This document shows, in pieces, positions 61,681 to 64,000 of a stretch of 64,000 bases of DNA. Under the pieces are notes generated by a model. That model saw only the letters and a list, made by a program, of their open reading frames with translations. It was not told the origin of the DNA and searched no databases. This DNA comes from Gekko japonicus (lineage: Eukaryota). The translations under genes were made by a program, and so were the position numbers. Position 1 is the stretch's first letter, and each line of letters begins with the position of its first letter. The stretch lies in assembly GCF_001447785.1 (NCBI RefSeq), contig NW_015160842.1, forward strand, positions 474,477 to 538,476. Reading direction: 5' to 3'.

Positions 61681-64000
61681 CTCACAATTGGATGTGATAG
61701 AACCATAATTAATTAAACTGGAAGAAAGGAAGACAATTTAAAAGGCCACATGGATAGTGCTTTTACTGTCGATTTTGGATGGCCTGGAGTTGCAATTGTG
61801 TTTTAAAAATTGGAGAGGACAATAAAAATACTGAAATGTTATGGGTTGCAACTTACTAGTGATGTCATCTGGATTTTTTATTAAAACCAAGTGAACGAAT
61901 AGAAGCAAATCCAGACTAAATGGCTAATGTGGAGAAACCTAAAAGACTTTCTGAAATGTTGGTTTACTAGCCTGTAAGTGCTTGGTCTGTCAAGCCCACA
62001 CTGCCAAAAGGCAAGTCTGGGTTGTAGCAAATACAATACTTGTCAGAAGTTGAACTGCTTCATGCGTTACTTTTACAAGCTGCTCCAAACATCTGTCTGG
62101 AGGTGTGGGACCAATCATGGCTTTTCAGAGTGTGTTTCTGTGAAGTAGAATATGTGCTCACTTCAAACTTTGTTGTGTTAGCTTCATGTTTCTGTTAAAA
62201 TTGTAATAACTTTTTGAAAATACTGGTCAGGACCCAAATAACAATGCCCAATGTTAAGTTTTTCTAAACTAGCAGCCTTCGACTGCCATTGTTACATAGC
62301 AAGTTGCTTGTGAAACTGAAGTTTAAAAAGCTGTTCATGACATGATCTAGCATGTTGGAGAACAATTGTTCAAAGGGTTCATGTCATTGATGGGGGCTGA
62401 GGTAAAAAAACCCTTCTCTAGTTCAGGGTCCTACCTTACAGAAATGTTGTGAGAATAAAAAGAGGGAAGGAGAACCATATTTACAGTCTTGAGTGTCTGA
62501 GAGATAAAAATTTACAGACAGAGCTTTTCAGATGTGTGTAATGTAATTTTGCTTGTTTTAAAAATTGACTGCTGTCCATTGTAATGCTCCATTATAAATC
62601 ACTTTCACCAGATGTGTAACTCCCTCCCCTTCAATTCCATTGCATGTTTTTAGTTTCTCTTCTCTCACCCTTTAGTTCAATGCTGTATACTCCCTGTCTC
62701 CAGCATTGGACAGGACAGTTGCCACCATAGCAAGATAACTCCTCTGTCCATTATATGGGAACGGAATATTGCACTATTAGCAGTGGGGAAAGGAAAACTG
62801 AAACATTTTTGAATACATGTGAATAGTACGGGGTGTTAGTCCCTAAGGCATTTGCTTGTGCAGTTGTACCTTTATTTCCGTGGGATGTGTAGCTAAGTTC
62901 TGAGAACATTTTTTCCAGGATTAAGTTCCACTGGTTTTTTCCAGGGGATATTGCAACCTTAGTCATAACTTGATTCTTCTGAATTGTGCTTAGTATTGGA
63001 CCAATTCTAATATTTTAAAACTTGTTGTAAGGTTGCACATAAATCCTTCAAAACCTTTGATGTTTAATAGCTTGCAAAATATGCTCTTGGCTTGGTCCAA
63101 TAGAAGATACCCTTTTTACCTATTTTATATTTCACTTTGTGGTATCAATAAAGTAAATAAACTTTAATACATAGACCTAGGGCAATAATTAATCAGAACT
63201 CATTTTAATAAACACAGTAAAGGTGGGAATAGAAACTGACACACACACATACCTTTTGTTTCATTGAAGACATAGTAATGTTAGTATCACAAAAGTGCAT
63301 TGATACTTTAAATTCCATTTAAATCAGGGGAAGGGCTCTGAATACTGAGGTTATAAAAATGGAACTGATATATGTGTGTTTGCTGACTTGCTGGTCTGTA
63401 GGATGACACATTTATTACTGGCTTACACTTATTATTTGTTGTTCTACACGTACTTTGGAACCTGATTGATATCTACGCTCACTACAATAGTGATGGGAAA
63501 TAGATCTCCACAGTTCCTGTTTTACAAAAGGAAAGCTGGGCAGATAACAACTTGTCTGAAGCTATACTAGTCCAAGGTAGAGATAAGACCTGAAATTGTT
63601 ACTTTCAAGATCCAGGACTAATGTTAGCATTCCAGGGGTCTCAGGCAGATCCATCTGCAACTGTCTGTTCTGTCTACATGTCCTGGATGGGAAATCCAAC
63701 TCCAACCTTTTACTCACTAGACCACATAAAACTTTAAAAAGATAATCTAGAAACAACCACGCTTCAGCTTGCCTTCAGTGAAGATTTTGTTTTCAAATGC
63801 TTGGGACACATGATCAATTTACTTAAATGAACTATCTGACCAGGGTTTCCCCTGGAGCTTGCAGGGGGTAGCAGCTCCACCCCCTTTCATTAATGGTCTC
63901 TAAGCATTGTCTTTTCTGTTGGGGAAATCAATGGGGACTGTTCGTCATTACGTTTGTGAAAAAAACGCAAACCATTTATGTGGAAGCCTGTATTCAGTAG

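Overview
Non-coding vertebrate DNA from a draft assembly with five N-gaps. The repeat families (Squam3-like tRNA SINEs, BovB/RTE, 5S-derived SINEs, CR1, L2, L1) point to a squamate, probably a gecko; this is an inference. I found no intact host protein-coding exon. About 1-37 kb and 53-64 kb are rich in transposon remnants, many nested and with readable target-site duplications (TSDs). The best-resolved element is a full-length but inactivated DIRS1-type tyrosine-recombinase retrotransposon (19997-26360) with intact ITRs and ICR. It carries an L1 insertion in its RT and a scrambled centre. A Penelope-like element family occurs three times, each copy folded back on itself by a 5' inversion. One copy retains a recognisable but mutated minimal hammerhead ribozyme. 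The 37.5-53 kb region holds several CpG islands and homeodomain-site-rich blocks and is transposon-poor over about 40-49.7 kb, as expected near a developmental gene. It includes a candidate minus-strand spliced non-coding transcript; I could not identify the gene. Several exact local duplications may be assembly artefacts.
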